Origin: an uncultured virus (IMG/VR IMGVR_UViG_3300009705_003699)
Taxonomy: Duplodnaviria; Heunggongvirae; Uroviricota; Caudoviricetes
DNA: 64,000 nucleotides
Direction: 5' to 3' (one strand)
IMG/VR virus record: IMGVR_UViG_3300009705_003699
Shown here: positions 32,701 to 41,200 of the stretch, piece by piece
Layout: every line of letters starts with the position of its first letter
Numbering within the stretch: position 1 is the first letter of the stretch
Notes under the pieces: generated by a model
What the model was told of the DNA's origin: nothing
The model's database searches: none
Seen by the model: only the letters and a program-made list of their open reading frames with translations
Position numbers and translations under genes: made by a program

Positions 32701-34009
32701 CAACCTTATCTGTGGATGTCTTTCCAGTAATACCTTCGTTGAACTTGTAGTAAACTCCCAGTGTTGCATTGGAAATATCGTTGTTGGATCCTCCGCGGAC
32801 CTGTGTAAACCATTTTTCTCCAATCTGCTTGGGTGTTCTGGCAACCTTCCAGAATCTAAATTCGTCTAGGGAGCCGCTTAGTTTTCCGGCGCCTTCCGCG
32901 GATTTCGCGCTGCCGGCATCTAGAATTTGAGTTCGAAGGGCTCCAATTCGAGCAACCAAGTTTTTCTCGCCAAGTGGATTAATTTTAGGAAAAGGTCTTC
33001 TTACGCTCGGTGCCGCGGTGGTTGGTTTGCTGCCTGTGATGTGATCGTTAAGTACACCATTCACATACAGCTTAATTCCGCTGGTGCTTCCTGTGTTTTG
33101 CATTGTGATTGCATAATGATTCCATCCTCCCATTTTGGACCAGAGATCGGTCGTACCCAAAGATGCGGAATTGATGTTGTTGGCGGCTGTGCTTCCGGAA
33201 GCTATATGAATTACGAATGGTGCCTTAAGCGACGTGCTAGTAACGCCGCTCGCATCGAAGGCGCCGGTCAACTCAATTCTAAATCTTCCATATTTTGCAT
33301 CGCCGATCGCCTCTTTATTCCAAAGATCGAAAATTACTTGCTTCTTGGACTTGGCTCTCCAATTTGGAATAGAGCCGCTCTTGAACCAAAATTCAACTGT
33401 AACACCATCGTCAAAGTTACTTCTCAGATTGGATGTTCTGGTTCCTTTGCCATAATCAGATGGCAAGCCAGCAGTCTGGTAGATATTCTTATCGTAAATA
33501 TTGGAATTGTCGTAGCTGTCGCTCTTGTCATTGGGAAGTAGGTCCTTTAGTTTTGAGCTTTTTGCTGAGCCGGTTCCTGGTCCACCTTTTAGATCGATAT
33601 ATTCACTTGTAGTAGGTACGCCGTATCCGCGGGATAAAGAACTAACAGCATATCCATCGGCAGCTAATTTTATATATCCATTAGTACGGGGGTATTTCTT
33701 TTCGAGGAGATATTTTTCAACATCCAAACATCCGTTAAAGAATTTATTTATTTCTGCGTCGGAGCCGTCATAAGGGTAGTAATCTAAAATTCTGTTAAAG
33801 GCAGACTTATAGTAAAGGCGCGCTGAGCCGTATCTAGCGAAGTTGGCAGGATCAGAATAATCTACTTGAGGAACATATCTCTTCTGGTTTATGCTGAGTT
33901 GTTCTAAGTTTTGAGCAGATTCTACACTCTTGAAAGCATCTTTTTGATTTTTTTCACTTAAATAATTTAATGATTTATCACTAGCTTCAAAGAGCTTCTT
34001 AATACTCAT
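23705..34009 (-). CDS. Giant baseplate wedge-like protein (gp7/gpI-like) with LamG/concanavalin-like domains (3434 aa)
   Basis: LamG patterns TVEFW...WNHYAIT...KLYVNG...SGSLDEFRFW and WQNIAVTYDG...LYLNG...LDEASIH; IFKSKGTERSI (KGT motif of gp7/P2 gpI-like proteins); lies downstream of gp25 and gp6. Confidence 0.7.
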   Translation of the reverse strand: MSIKKLFEASDKSLNYLSEKNQKDAFKSVESAQNLEQLSINQKRYVPQVDYSDPANFARYGSARLYYKSAFNRILDYYPYDGSDAEINKFFNGCLDVEKYLLEKKYPRTNGYIKLAADGYAVSSLSRGYGVPTTSEYIDLKGGPGTGSAKSSKLKDLLPNDKSDSYDNSNIYDKNIYQTAGLPSDYGKGTRTSNLRSNFDDGVTVEFWFKSGSIPNWRAKSKKQVIFDLWNKEAIGDAKYGRFRIELTGAFDASGVTSTSLKAPFVIHIASGSTAANNINSASLGTTDLWSKMGGWNHYAITMQNTGSTSGIKLYVNGVLNDHITGSKPTTAAPSVRRPFPKINPLGEKNLVARIGALRTQILDAGSAKSAEGAGKLSGSLDEFRFWKVARTPKQIGEKWFTQVRGGSNNDISNATLGVYYKFNEGITGKTSTDKVVLDYAGRVTNGKWTGYTANSRFTGSAIVLSNAAKKEYLDPIVRTNNPKVMHLETQLEFTGSSHDYGNHTSVLSLVPGWILDQYSEVQNTDLTYITHIMGAYFDKLYLQISEIPKLRQLNYVSSSNKPISFAKHLPQSLGLYSPDLFIDSTVMEKFLNRNSDSLFENDLHNTKNLIYINLYNNLTDIFKSKGTERSIKNIFKCFNIDENLLRLTVNSNNEEFVLRDNLRQQLLENSFLNFNKRENAAGVVYQRSSSISGLNDLTVSGSIPGSRKQKPFGFTCEANVMLPYFDHQKSAFTRNPRFKTCSIFGSVTVKSGSQTSIRGTNLAKAEWEDDYANFHIYTVKDEVGSRNARFMLSASLHDSVNEDAMSVVLTSSLFLNAYDNEPWNLSVRVKPVDYPNAYFVTTGSSASNREKYEIIFTGINPRNADVANSFTVKKELPTQIGRRLIETRKRLYVGAERKDVIGELKSRSDVLVSSLTFWTKYLEKNNLHKHALDFENVGISGSNEPIAANVAVTSGSLNQNILNRDMLALHWNFNNVTASSAGGNFTVQDFSSGSIWEKGTGVTQTGDYGSAGWAGRISQHRYPGYAYGFDLSSTDVVDKRQINKYKFINPEQAVSSDMVQIFSDEDVMFPNLRREEIVPNYIYSIEKSLYNAISEEMLDFFAGVTDFHNLIGAPVNRYRQDYKEIEKLRNAFFRRVKNIAHVESYMEYYKWFDDALSEIIGQLVPLSSEFIDDVLNVVESHVLERNKYQTRMNDIDESLAPKPDGHVFAFGEKMIDITDMIVPPPMSPRPTNKNITFWSKRADRGASEITSNNAVIDAQRNKIRDTVNSVPHYSASKKIKVYTEDLESYDYDKFQQSNFMQITRLSLDLSHQSNKSKNKQIQRIRGGVNFPPTKNIEFTMNALRPAGPVNTDNNMFVPENVMLAFTKEVVPVKNFKTASVPKEFIKKERRVFKVNHGRNWDDGLSYSNVKSTVAFPFNIFSSSNKTGYNKSVIEQASLGIEITNLHNDAYGDLMEVPMQGPFTDNVVGGLQARHIGINLGSDKPNTRPEAWRILLGTCAGSPNPTGAIGMVGPDYPPPSLQVAAGERGYPYQPYQKAYLYRDMTAKRPVNIKNINVKNAAKTKTVAGNYQNNYEVVHSFGAYDNPRQFIEKQPRLPKQLKEVRHTTNVRTLLDVHRGTNNHFTFVDDYDTGYLTGTTNRTIITNQFSAPGGIETMTNGYLDFKSDSYSPYNCLTFRNLRVLKPWQGPSGTFSQPPGATPSTSRVSDLHGKDYGLDAHYARHTARFGRDSMHVKNPGATYDQLPGFHKINRNPKQIVRITNTTLTPVYEIAKPLTNTKGLSFGWSGDNDDRSESLIKSGSFSTDFANGISMGIWMYRSYNSNNGQTRCLMSIGDDYNTTSLPNGSPTILLGVTSDFKPFFQVQHIGGNNGYWQLDTAFSVNTWQNIAVTYDGSSTANLPTLYLNGVSQSISMGGSSPQQPAATMPTVTDKIPGHSRIGGLWGGGGNGYRVLTGSTLDEASIHSSVLTAADISKMYCSGKVVNLTSSYAPATASLVTWLRLGDASTAPTSDSQLTSSGATNLARNFPPASKSVFFDVKGNNNFAIRAGTTERANMNYNALNTVTPPDGCTGDLRYYKETNTYTSNSLQYDNLYVQHQIPRASRQYMWLDRTIEKVSDLKYSSFQNTTRGSMMPYRSSSAPGGLESFYNIVSASQATINDYYQPINRLNIVVEDPVSSSTNTLGYPATQDTNKYFNPSLIGTLAANTPAVKKRAWYLNNLLSQRQATYGWGWQKFRQRDSKILIKERKENKLSTVESANSPIVRYDLPPVSFKGRPAHVCIGTHRPSNINNQKSRMVNNTYRITSTNEKIFFNETKLNNLTNVDPRDAYSPLRHLLNYSRRAGRRLNWVLYTQNVFPSTRNEALSQSTRRIGYDNKFWRNLSADRITVGDTFNNSFNIDVKQSSWVLDAPVNFLTRSRIISKVDNFNKNETKAGELQNTYFAYLTCPGNNSTGQNMFPAALYARKHALGSPRSVVSPQGPEAPGIWKKHVTASFKSANQIDILGGEALWEAATQAGTLHNSIFRVTASNPWFNDYTSFNADLKLKSRGYSIIPEYRISEHVEDYYKYGIANKYKQNTFSIPGTQFSSSQKDFYLDYSNTDFLDFLGVKSETLLDASEIRLNCSAAIKYNPYKGFYPAQRTQQLVAQFKNSFENSIAVKSKYATYYGTNVFNNVGGLLKPLFDPLFSPGILYNSIKSGIAVDYPVITDPDKITREYFHGGIGSSGPGAPLNNYAATITGSTTLKQAANGYYSGQWWDQRIPFEAMVDPRKHITNMGLLDMESHPSMSLAVKLSKNGAFSEVVTGSMNDMGDDVYSLMARNFFAGVGEFFLEGAGFTQLKSETVATNLKFKKGSVYMSRIKLRRSHNGKRMYDKETDSFNNAPYGGSNKSYYTRYGARATNKNGRKTRSGYPIPQDPTGSVFKETFTMYSRPTAFGPSFAGRPTGAHAAKNPFRKVAKDSFSGYNPAFTPPYQNGEAWIDLIFKPSASVSYDLEKILAETETMCWRFDPGYSIPRSGPNSAQPSLIPVWSAASSSKPNAITPAGDKTIPSVYDGYRINANSMQATASLNIFGVERIFEQKYGSNGNVISTTNNTVGTRWIIQPKFETPMLNFCDTGPRPISTANGTLTLPQYASSSTARGMWHQFGTIPDKAETGVFMEIGDIPPQWLKNHYLVNQKNSVYNNYNTGSGPALHKKVQSLSSLCGFDRGNSSKRLGNLKEKFVVREAIVAVPYILERLEESAANEIPADAAIWKTKKKFISIPPQRVGDRHGAQGNPIAKQGASIAKLKSKLKKYVFPPEFDFLHNPNIDPFAMYVFEFKYEFDKDDLSYIWQNIAPRDYEKISFQSDSCGHKLNNSELINKEILTQKNLRWMLFKVKQRAKADYYDLMPDQAGGATSQIVNKSKKAKEYQIRYNWPYDYLSFVELIKMDVDILLKKGK

Positions 34010-35987
34010 TCTTATTCACTCTGAACTTGAATGTCTGATCTTGCTCCTGCCACGTGCCCAACTCGGCGTCGTAGAAAGCAAATCGTAGACCATATTCATA
34101 TCCTTGTTGCAATAACTTCATGTCGAGGTTAAAATAATTTCCTGAAACATCATAAGACATGCCGGTCGCGAAATCACTTCCTGTATCGTGGGGGATAACT
34201 TCGAGGTGATCTACGACCCTAACCACTCTATAAGAAGCACTCTCAATAGTAGTGGTCATCGGAGTGGAGGAAGCCTTGGTATAAATTGTGGGGCTCCAAA
34301 ATTTGTTTCTGATATACAGGTTAAATCTTGCGTTCTGATTATACGCGTAAGCATTCTGCAAGTTAGTTATATTCATGTAATATACTGGCTCGCGAGCATT
34401 GTTCATTGCTGACTGGTTTCGTGCCGCGATCGTTCCTGTAAAAAATTGAGCAGTATCCTTGTAAGAGGTGTTCTTATTATACCACACATCAAAAAGATTA
34501 TTTACGGTTCTTTTATTTGACTGCGTGAGACAAAGGGAAGCAGTGTAAATTCCTTTACTATGCCACCCGCCGGTTACAACAGTTCTTGGGCCTTTTGCGA
34601 TACTTCTTGATTGAGGTAAGTGAAGAGTTAAAGGAACGCCATTCGGCTTGCCAGTATCACTTGAAGCAGAAAAGAGTTTAACGTATACCTTTCCAGTGCC
34701 AATACTGGGGATATTCTTTAGTTGACCTCTGACATAGTTGTACAGGAAGATCGTGTTCATGTTCAGACTGGCGGGGGCTAGCGAACTACTAAAGTTGAAA
34801 TCGCCTCTTTGATCTTTATTCGTAGAGTCCCAGCGCGCTTCGATCGACGGGCGCTTAAAAAAGAATTCAGATCCTCTTGCAAAAAACCTTTTTGTATAAT
34901 AAGACGTTTTGACGCCATCATAATTTTTTATGATATTGGGATCTTTAGAAGCTTGAGCTTCTGAGGCAGAAGCTTCAAAACTCGAGGATAATCTTATTCC
35001 TACTCCATACTTCTTGCTTTTTCCAGAAACCCATCTTTCTACCAGTTTAGAGATATCGATCTCTATATCTTCTAATCCGTTTGCAAAATTTTGAGTAAAA
35101 GTTAAGCCGGGCACAGTCGCCCCGTCGCGGCCGGCTTTAAGGTAGTCTCCGCCTCTGTTTCTCCATGGTCCGTAACCAGTACCGCTAGTGGGTGTTGAGA
35201 CCACAATTACAGTATCATCTGATAGGCTCGGGGTTCGATATGAAGCTTTGACGGCGCCACCGGTCAAGTTAGTCACTCTCGCTTGTTTCCATCGTGCTAC
35301 GGTATCTTTTCCGAGTAGAGAACCAGACACAGCGGCGCTGCTTGATATAACTGCTAATCTAAACTTGTTTGAATACTCTGCAGCGCCCGTTAGGGCTCCT
35401 AGCGCCACCTCCACCTCGTTAGCCGCAACAGAGGGGGCTGCGCCACCGCCATCGTCTGTAAAATAGTATGCATATCTTCTACGGTGAGAATCTGTTATTA
35501 ATACATACTTGCTTCGATAGCTTGCGATAGTGTCGGTGACAAACTGAACGTTAGTTACTTCAGCATCTCCTATATCCCCGGCATTAACCCAGTTGGAGCC
35601 GCTGCCATTTTTTGTCAGGTCTCGATAGTTTTCGAGATCTAGACCATCTCCTTCCTGCCAACTCCGCGATACTGGCTGTACCACCATCTTAAAGTTTCTC
35701 GGTACTGTTTTGGAGGTTGCGGCTGAATGTAGTTTTAAGTAAAACTTGACGCTTCCGCTGGAAGGTATCCTGCCGGCAGTTCTATCGGATGATATTGTGG
35801 CCACAGGGAAGTTCATTAAGACTCGTGACAACTCCTGTGAGCCTGTTGCTTGTCTGCCATAGATAGAGTACACCTCTACCACATCTGCCTGCCCTGTGTT
35901 GGAACCGGTGGCACGTGACGTCATGTTAGACTTATAAGTGCTTACTATAGTGTTGTCGGACTTTGCCCGATATTTTTTAATTGCCAT
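33999..35987 (-). CDS. Putative baseplate structural protein (662 aa)
   Basis: Lies between the gp6-like gene and the giant wedge gene and is coupled to both; beta-rich; about 13 (S/T)(G/A/S)S motifs. Confidence 0.62.
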   Translation of the reverse strand: MAIKKYRAKSDNTIVSTYKSNMTSRATGSNTGQADVVEVYSIYGRQATGSQELSRVLMNFPVATISSDRTAGRIPSSGSVKFYLKLHSAATSKTVPRNFKMVVQPVSRSWQEGDGLDLENYRDLTKNGSGSNWVNAGDIGDAEVTNVQFVTDTIASYRSKYVLITDSHRRRYAYYFTDDGGGAAPSVAANEVEVALGALTGAAEYSNKFRLAVISSSAAVSGSLLGKDTVARWKQARVTNLTGGAVKASYRTPSLSDDTVIVVSTPTSGTGYGPWRNRGGDYLKAGRDGATVPGLTFTQNFANGLEDIEIDISKLVERWVSGKSKKYGVGIRLSSSFEASASEAQASKDPNIIKNYDGVKTSYYTKRFFARGSEFFFKRPSIEARWDSTNKDQRGDFNFSSSLAPASLNMNTIFLYNYVRGQLKNIPSIGTGKVYVKLFSASSDTGKPNGVPLTLHLPQSRSIAKGPRTVVTGGWHSKGIYTASLCLTQSNKRTVNNLFDVWYNKNTSYKDTAQFFTGTIAARNQSAMNNAREPVYYMNITNLQNAYAYNQNARFNLYIRNKFWSPTIYTKASSTPMTTTIESASYRVVRVVDHLEVIPHDTGSDFATGMSYDVSGNYFNLDMKLLQQGYEYGLRFAFYDAELGTWQEQDQTFKFRVNKNEY

Positions 35988-37783
35988 TATCTAGACTTTC
36001 CTACAATGTCGGTGGCTGGAAACTTTATTTCTACAATCGCGTTCTTGGGGATTATAATACTTTCACCGTTAGGAGAGAGGTTAGAATTAATGTCGATTGT
36101 AGAACTAGCATATCCCACACCTGTCTTATTGAATACTTTCACTTTAATCACATCTAACACTCCATCGACACTTTTTAATTGTGAGTAAATGTCGCTAATT
36201 GAAAATGACTCACCAATAAAGTACCCGCCGGCGTAACCTTGACCAAGTTTGTTTATACACTTGTCTATTGTTGTGTATTTGTCGGCTCCCGATATTGTTT
36301 TTATTGAGAACTCTATTCCAAAGTTTAAAACGAAGGGGTCTAAAATATCAATTGTATCATTTATCATTCTATATTGATTAAGCCAAATTTTTAAATTATT
36401 TTTAATTGCGTTATTTGTTTTTGTTAATTTTCCAAAAGAGTCCTCAGAAATAACATACAAGTTTAAATTTCTTTTTTGTGAATCTGGGTCTCTTTGCGCA
36501 GAAACTCTCTTAATTGAGCCAAATTTTGCCGGCATTCGGTATGTTACATTTTCGTAATCTGCCTGGGTTACAGCTCTGTTTTGGGTAGGAAACGTGTCAA
36601 AAATTCTGTTCTTAACTTCTCCGGATCCGGGTGCGGTCACATCACCTATAATGGGGGTTTCATTATTCACTTCCAAAGAAGTTGCAATTTCATCTATAGT
36701 GTTCTGGTTCAGGACCGTCCTGTCTCCATACTCAAAGGAAGACCCATTTACTGCATTAAGCTGACCGACTGCTGCGTTTGAATTTCCGGGGTTGGTTGTA
36801 CGCAAAATAACTGTAAGGGTTGTATTTTCTGGTACAATTCCTAGGCTTTGGTTTTCGGACAATCTGGTGGGGTCAAAAGTTATTGAGGTTGTATAATCTT
36901 TTCCAAATACATTCATCGCCACTGACTGGGGGTTAGCGACGACGTTACTATCGCCTACTTTACCACTTCCGAATTGTAAAACGGTTGATGTTGGACTTCT
37001 TTCGACTACAAATTTTCTCGAGACCAAATAAGGCTTAATTATAGATGGAACATTATCTTTCTTATAATTTTTATTTGATATTTCTTTATAAACCATGTCT
37101 TGAGCCAAATAATCTACTTCAAAATATTCGTTGCCTTGTGTATCATGTACTGAAATTATCTCACCTACATTTTGACTGTTTAACCCAACACTTCTGAATT
37201 TCTGGAAATTTCCCACCTTCACAAGCTCTGTGGTAAATATTCCGGAAACAACAGTGCCGAATGCTTTTATCGCGTAATGAGTGGGCGCACCAGTAGAATT
37301 GTCTACTCGACCTACCGCAACAGGGTGTTTTGGATCTGCAAAATCTATATTGTCTATTAGCGTGAAATTTAAACCAGATGCGGTTGAAAACTGAGTTCCT
37401 TTTTTTAATATAGGAATGTAGTTCTTGTCTGGTCCGATCCCCGTCTGAGAAGATGGCACTAATAAGAATAATGCAACATCTCCATATGTCGATGGTCGAC
37501 CGGTATATTTATAGCCTAATATTCTTCCATGGCGTAGAACATTATCAAATTGATAAGCAGTATCCAAGAAAGATTCATTTACGTTGTAATCCATATAGAA
37601 AGATAGCTGGTCTCCAATATATGAAACGGCGTCGATCATTAAGGATGCGAACGAACCTTCGCTAAAGTCCTGAAAGGAGTCCGGATATAGACGTTCAGAT
37701 ATTTGTAGCAAATCATCCCTAATAGAGTCGTAATCTCTACTAGTATAATCTATTGGCGTTATTTTCTTTTGATTGTCGGGCAT
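35987..37783 (-). CDS. Baseplate wedge subunit, T4 gp6 / baseplate J-like (598 aa)
   Basis: IDYTSRDYDSIRDDL...ESFLDTA...LGY; LQFGSG; QNRAVTQADYE; directly follows the gp25-like gene. Confidence 0.88.
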   Translation of the reverse strand: MPDNQKKITPIDYTSRDYDSIRDDLLQISERLYPDSFQDFSEGSFASLMIDAVSYIGDQLSFYMDYNVNESFLDTAYQFDNVLRHGRILGYKYTGRPSTYGDVALFLLVPSSQTGIGPDKNYIPILKKGTQFSTASGLNFTLIDNIDFADPKHPVAVGRVDNSTGAPTHYAIKAFGTVVSGIFTTELVKVGNFQKFRSVGLNSQNVGEIISVHDTQGNEYFEVDYLAQDMVYKEISNKNYKKDNVPSIIKPYLVSRKFVVERSPTSTVLQFGSGKVGDSNVVANPQSVAMNVFGKDYTTSITFDPTRLSENQSLGIVPENTTLTVILRTTNPGNSNAAVGQLNAVNGSSFEYGDRTVLNQNTIDEIATSLEVNNETPIIGDVTAPGSGEVKNRIFDTFPTQNRAVTQADYENVTYRMPAKFGSIKRVSAQRDPDSQKRNLNLYVISEDSFGKLTKTNNAIKNNLKIWLNQYRMINDTIDILDPFVLNFGIEFSIKTISGADKYTTIDKCINKLGQGYAGGYFIGESFSISDIYSQLKSVDGVLDVIKVKVFNKTGVGYASSTIDINSNLSPNGESIIIPKNAIVEIKFPATDIVGKSR

Positions 37784-37797
37784 TTAAATTCCTTCTA

Positions 37798-38172
37798 TTA
37801 AATAGTGAATTCCAGCATTTCTGTAACATTTATAGCTGGAATCCTGTAGACTATTCTCATAGCCAGGGTGTTTCGATCTATGGTTTCGGGTCTCTTATCA
37901 AAAGCAATTTGATCAATACTTATCATTGGCATATACATGGCCACTTGTTTTTTGATATTCGTCTCAATGTCAACATAAACGCTGGTACTAAAATTAGAAA
38001 ATAAATATGTTCTGGCGCCTACGCCATATTCTGGATCCATAACTCTTTCGCCAGGATCAGTTAAAATTAACATTTTTAAATTTTGAGAAATTAAAGTTTT
38101 GAAATCTTTAATCATCGTAAATCCGTCAATATTATTTCTGGTAATCGGTAGTTTTACTGCAAATGATGCCAT
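37798..38172 (-). CDS. Baseplate wedge / sheath initiator, gp25/GpW-like (124 aa)
   Basis: QNLKMLILTDPGERVMDPEYGVG...LF is the canonical gp25 motif. Confidence 0.9.
   Translation of the reverse strand: MASFAVKLPITRNNIDGFTMIKDFKTLISQNLKMLILTDPGERVMDPEYGVGARTYLFSNFSTSVYVDIETNIKKQVAMYMPMISIDQIAFDKRPETIDRNTLAMRIVYRIPAINVTEMLEFTI
37799..37806 (-). promoter_or_regulatory. Candidate late-promoter motif ACTATTTA
   Basis: About 15 nt upstream of the gp6-like ATG, overlapping the gp25 stop; followed by an AAGGA SD. Confidence 0.4.
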
Positions 38173-38188
38173 ATTTTGATTTCCTCAA

Positions 38189-38197
38189 ATAAATAGG
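38189..38197 (-). promoter_or_regulatory. Candidate late-promoter motif CCTATTTAT
   Basis: Lies 16 nt upstream of the gp25-like ATG, followed by a GAGG SD. Confidence 0.45.
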
Positions 38198-38200
38198 CTA

Positions 38201-41200
38201 TTAATTGTTTTTGTCGCATAGTTCACCGTTAGCATTATACGGATTACTTCTAGTTTTTCCTTTCTTATACCAAGGTAACAGTCCCTTTCCGGGAGATGGC
38301 ATCAAGGCATCCTTGAGATTCTTAATAAAAATCGATACTGGGCTTTTGCCTCCAAGTAAGCTATCTCCAGGGCGATAATCTCTTGAATTGTAATAGGTTC
38401 TAAATAATTGTTTTATTCGCGAGCGTGAATTTCTAAGAAGTATTCTGTCCCAAGTATCCCACTCCTGAACACCCCACGTTGCGGGCTGGAAGAAGCCGGC
38501 TTCGCGATCGCCGCTATGGGACCACCCTTCGTTTCCGGTTACGCCGCTTTGGCGTAAGTCTACTTTTACCATCCTTACTTTGATATCATCGTCGCTCGGG
38601 AATAACCATGATAATAATCCAACACCCGGGGGGGCTTCGTAATATTTATATTCGATTTCGCGGTCTATGTAACATATACTTCCAGGCTTGGCGCGGACCG
38701 CCGGATGTCTGCCTTTCTCTTCTGTTGATGCGCCGGAGCCGTAATAAGAGTTGCCAACCCAGTGATCTCTTACATCGGGATCTGCATAGCCAAATTTTGG
38801 CCATAAATACCCTACAGTATTGCCCAGGTTCGGGCCAGGAGGTCCGCACATATCATTTCCTTCACCTGGAGACATCTCCCCGATTGAACTCAGGATTGCC
38901 ATATCATTATACATAGCTAACATAGCTGTTGATTTTCTATAGGAGAAAATATACTGAGTCATAAGTTTATACTTGGGATCATTCTTTAAGTTTACAAGTA
39001 GACAGTGTAACAACTTACTACTTGGTTGCATTATCCTAAACTGTCCAATCTTCAGGTCTAAAGCGTCGACCTCCACTGAGGCTATCAAAGATTTGCCGCC
39101 GTGGGCAGTATAATAGAAATTCAAACCATATCTAACTCCCATGTGACCAGAGTATCCTACCATTACGCCGTCTTCATTTTCTACTATCTTTACCGATCCC
39201 GGATAAACTTCCGACAATAACTTCGAAGAATTGTTAGATTGTATCTTAGTTTTCGCATCAGATTGGGTGTATTTGACTGCTGTGGCTCCTGCGACATTGT
39301 CTGTGATACTTATATATTTCTCTATTCCGAACGGGTTATCGAAGCTCCCGCCGGTGATAGCGCCTAGATCTGGGACATCTCCCAGATCGATGGGATTACG
39401 TATTGAGGTCGGGTATGCTGCAGCAGTTGCAGGGTCGGCATCGGTGTATTTTGGTCCGTAATCTGAAGAAGACCCTAGTGCTTGCGTGAGTGCATTGGCT
39501 GACGACCACGTGATTTCCAAGGTCTTAACAGTCATAAGAGAATCTACGAGCGTCAAGATATCCTGCGAAGAGCCGGAAGAGGTGGCGCCGGCTTTATAAA
39601 CCGGGTCACCCTCTTCATCAAGTTCAACATGATAATATCCAACATATTCGTCAGCATAAGAAAAGCCATTATCTGGGTCTTCATCGGAAATGACCCTGAA
39701 TTCTCCACCGACAGTGTATAAATCATCTTCTGGCTCCGTCACAATGCCTGAGCCCTCTGAGGGCATTTCGATTGTGTCTGGTCCTAGGAACTGAAGGCTT
39801 GTTTGACATTTGTGTTGGAAAATCCAAAAGTCTAGGTCGAATATTGTTGGATTGAATCCGGTTGATCTCATGTTCTTAGTAAGTTTTTCTCCCATTATCG
39901 TCAACTCTCTGTTGACAAGTTGTTGAAGAATTATTTTAGCTTCTTCGTCCACTGATTGTATAGCTTCCATATTCTTCGACTCTCTAAACCCTTCAAGAGT
40001 CTGGAAGAAACCTGCATCTCCTGTGATCTTTGCGTCCATCAATCCGGGCACGGTTTGTTTTACATGGTTCCCTTCGCTATTCTTATATTTTCGCTGGTCT
40101 TTCAATAAATAAGGAAATGCGTAATCCGTTTGCAAATCATTTAAAGTATCAAATGAGTTTTGTAAAAATCCCATAGCTATCGGCTTTTCTATTTCACCCT
40201 GCTCGACCAAGAAGTTATAGCACTCTACAGACTGCTCGAGGAATCCGTACCAAAACTCATCATCCTTAAAGGTGTTAAACATCTCCCAGAAAGCGCCTTG
40301 AGTATCCTTAAAATCTTCTTCCATCCTCTCGACAATATAAGCAGAATAAATTGTACTAAAATTATCCGGAAATTTTGGCATAATCTTAGAGAATGTTCCC
40401 ATGGCTTTAAAGAAATGTACACTAGCATAAATTCTAATTGCTGCTAAAATCAATGCATACATACCTGTTTTCCCGCCGCGATCCATAATTCTAGAAAATG
40501 GAACTTCTCGTATACACTCAAGATCCTGTGTGAGTCTCGGATCTTCTGCCATGTTGGGATAAATCTTTTCTATGAATTGTTTAACTTCGTCAAAATCAAT
40601 CAAGTCTGTACTGTGGGGCTTACATGCCGTTGCTTCCGGGAAGAATACATTAATAAACCCATACCATCCCTCATATTTGATTGGTTTAACGTAGAGTGGC
40701 GGGTTTGTATAACTACCACCAAATTGTGCTGGATTTAAATATATTACGCGCGCATCTTCTCCATGCAGAAACTGATCATAGCTTATTCCAAGAATGCCAT
40801 CACTATCCAATATTGGTCTGGTCTCTTCGCCCCAAGCGCCCGGACGCATCTCATACGCTCCATATGGGACAAACTCACCGTCGTCATCCATTCCATATAT
40901 TAGATCCGAAGTGGTTAAGAAATCGTATGTGGCTCCATATTTCCAGCCCATTTTATTTTCTCCGATCTCTCGTGCAAAATCTTGATAGATACGCGTTGTC
41001 ATCTCATCGTATTCATTCTTCAAGTCTACGTCTACAACCCTATTCGTCATGTCTGCTAATAGGTATACGGGAGGAGTGTATGTGCCAGGGGTGTTCATAG
41101 CAGCTGCAAATTTAGGATATTTCGATAGTTTAATTCCGCCGGGACCTTCAAGGTCAACAATGTTCGGATATTGGGATAGAGGCATATTAAATACGTCTAA

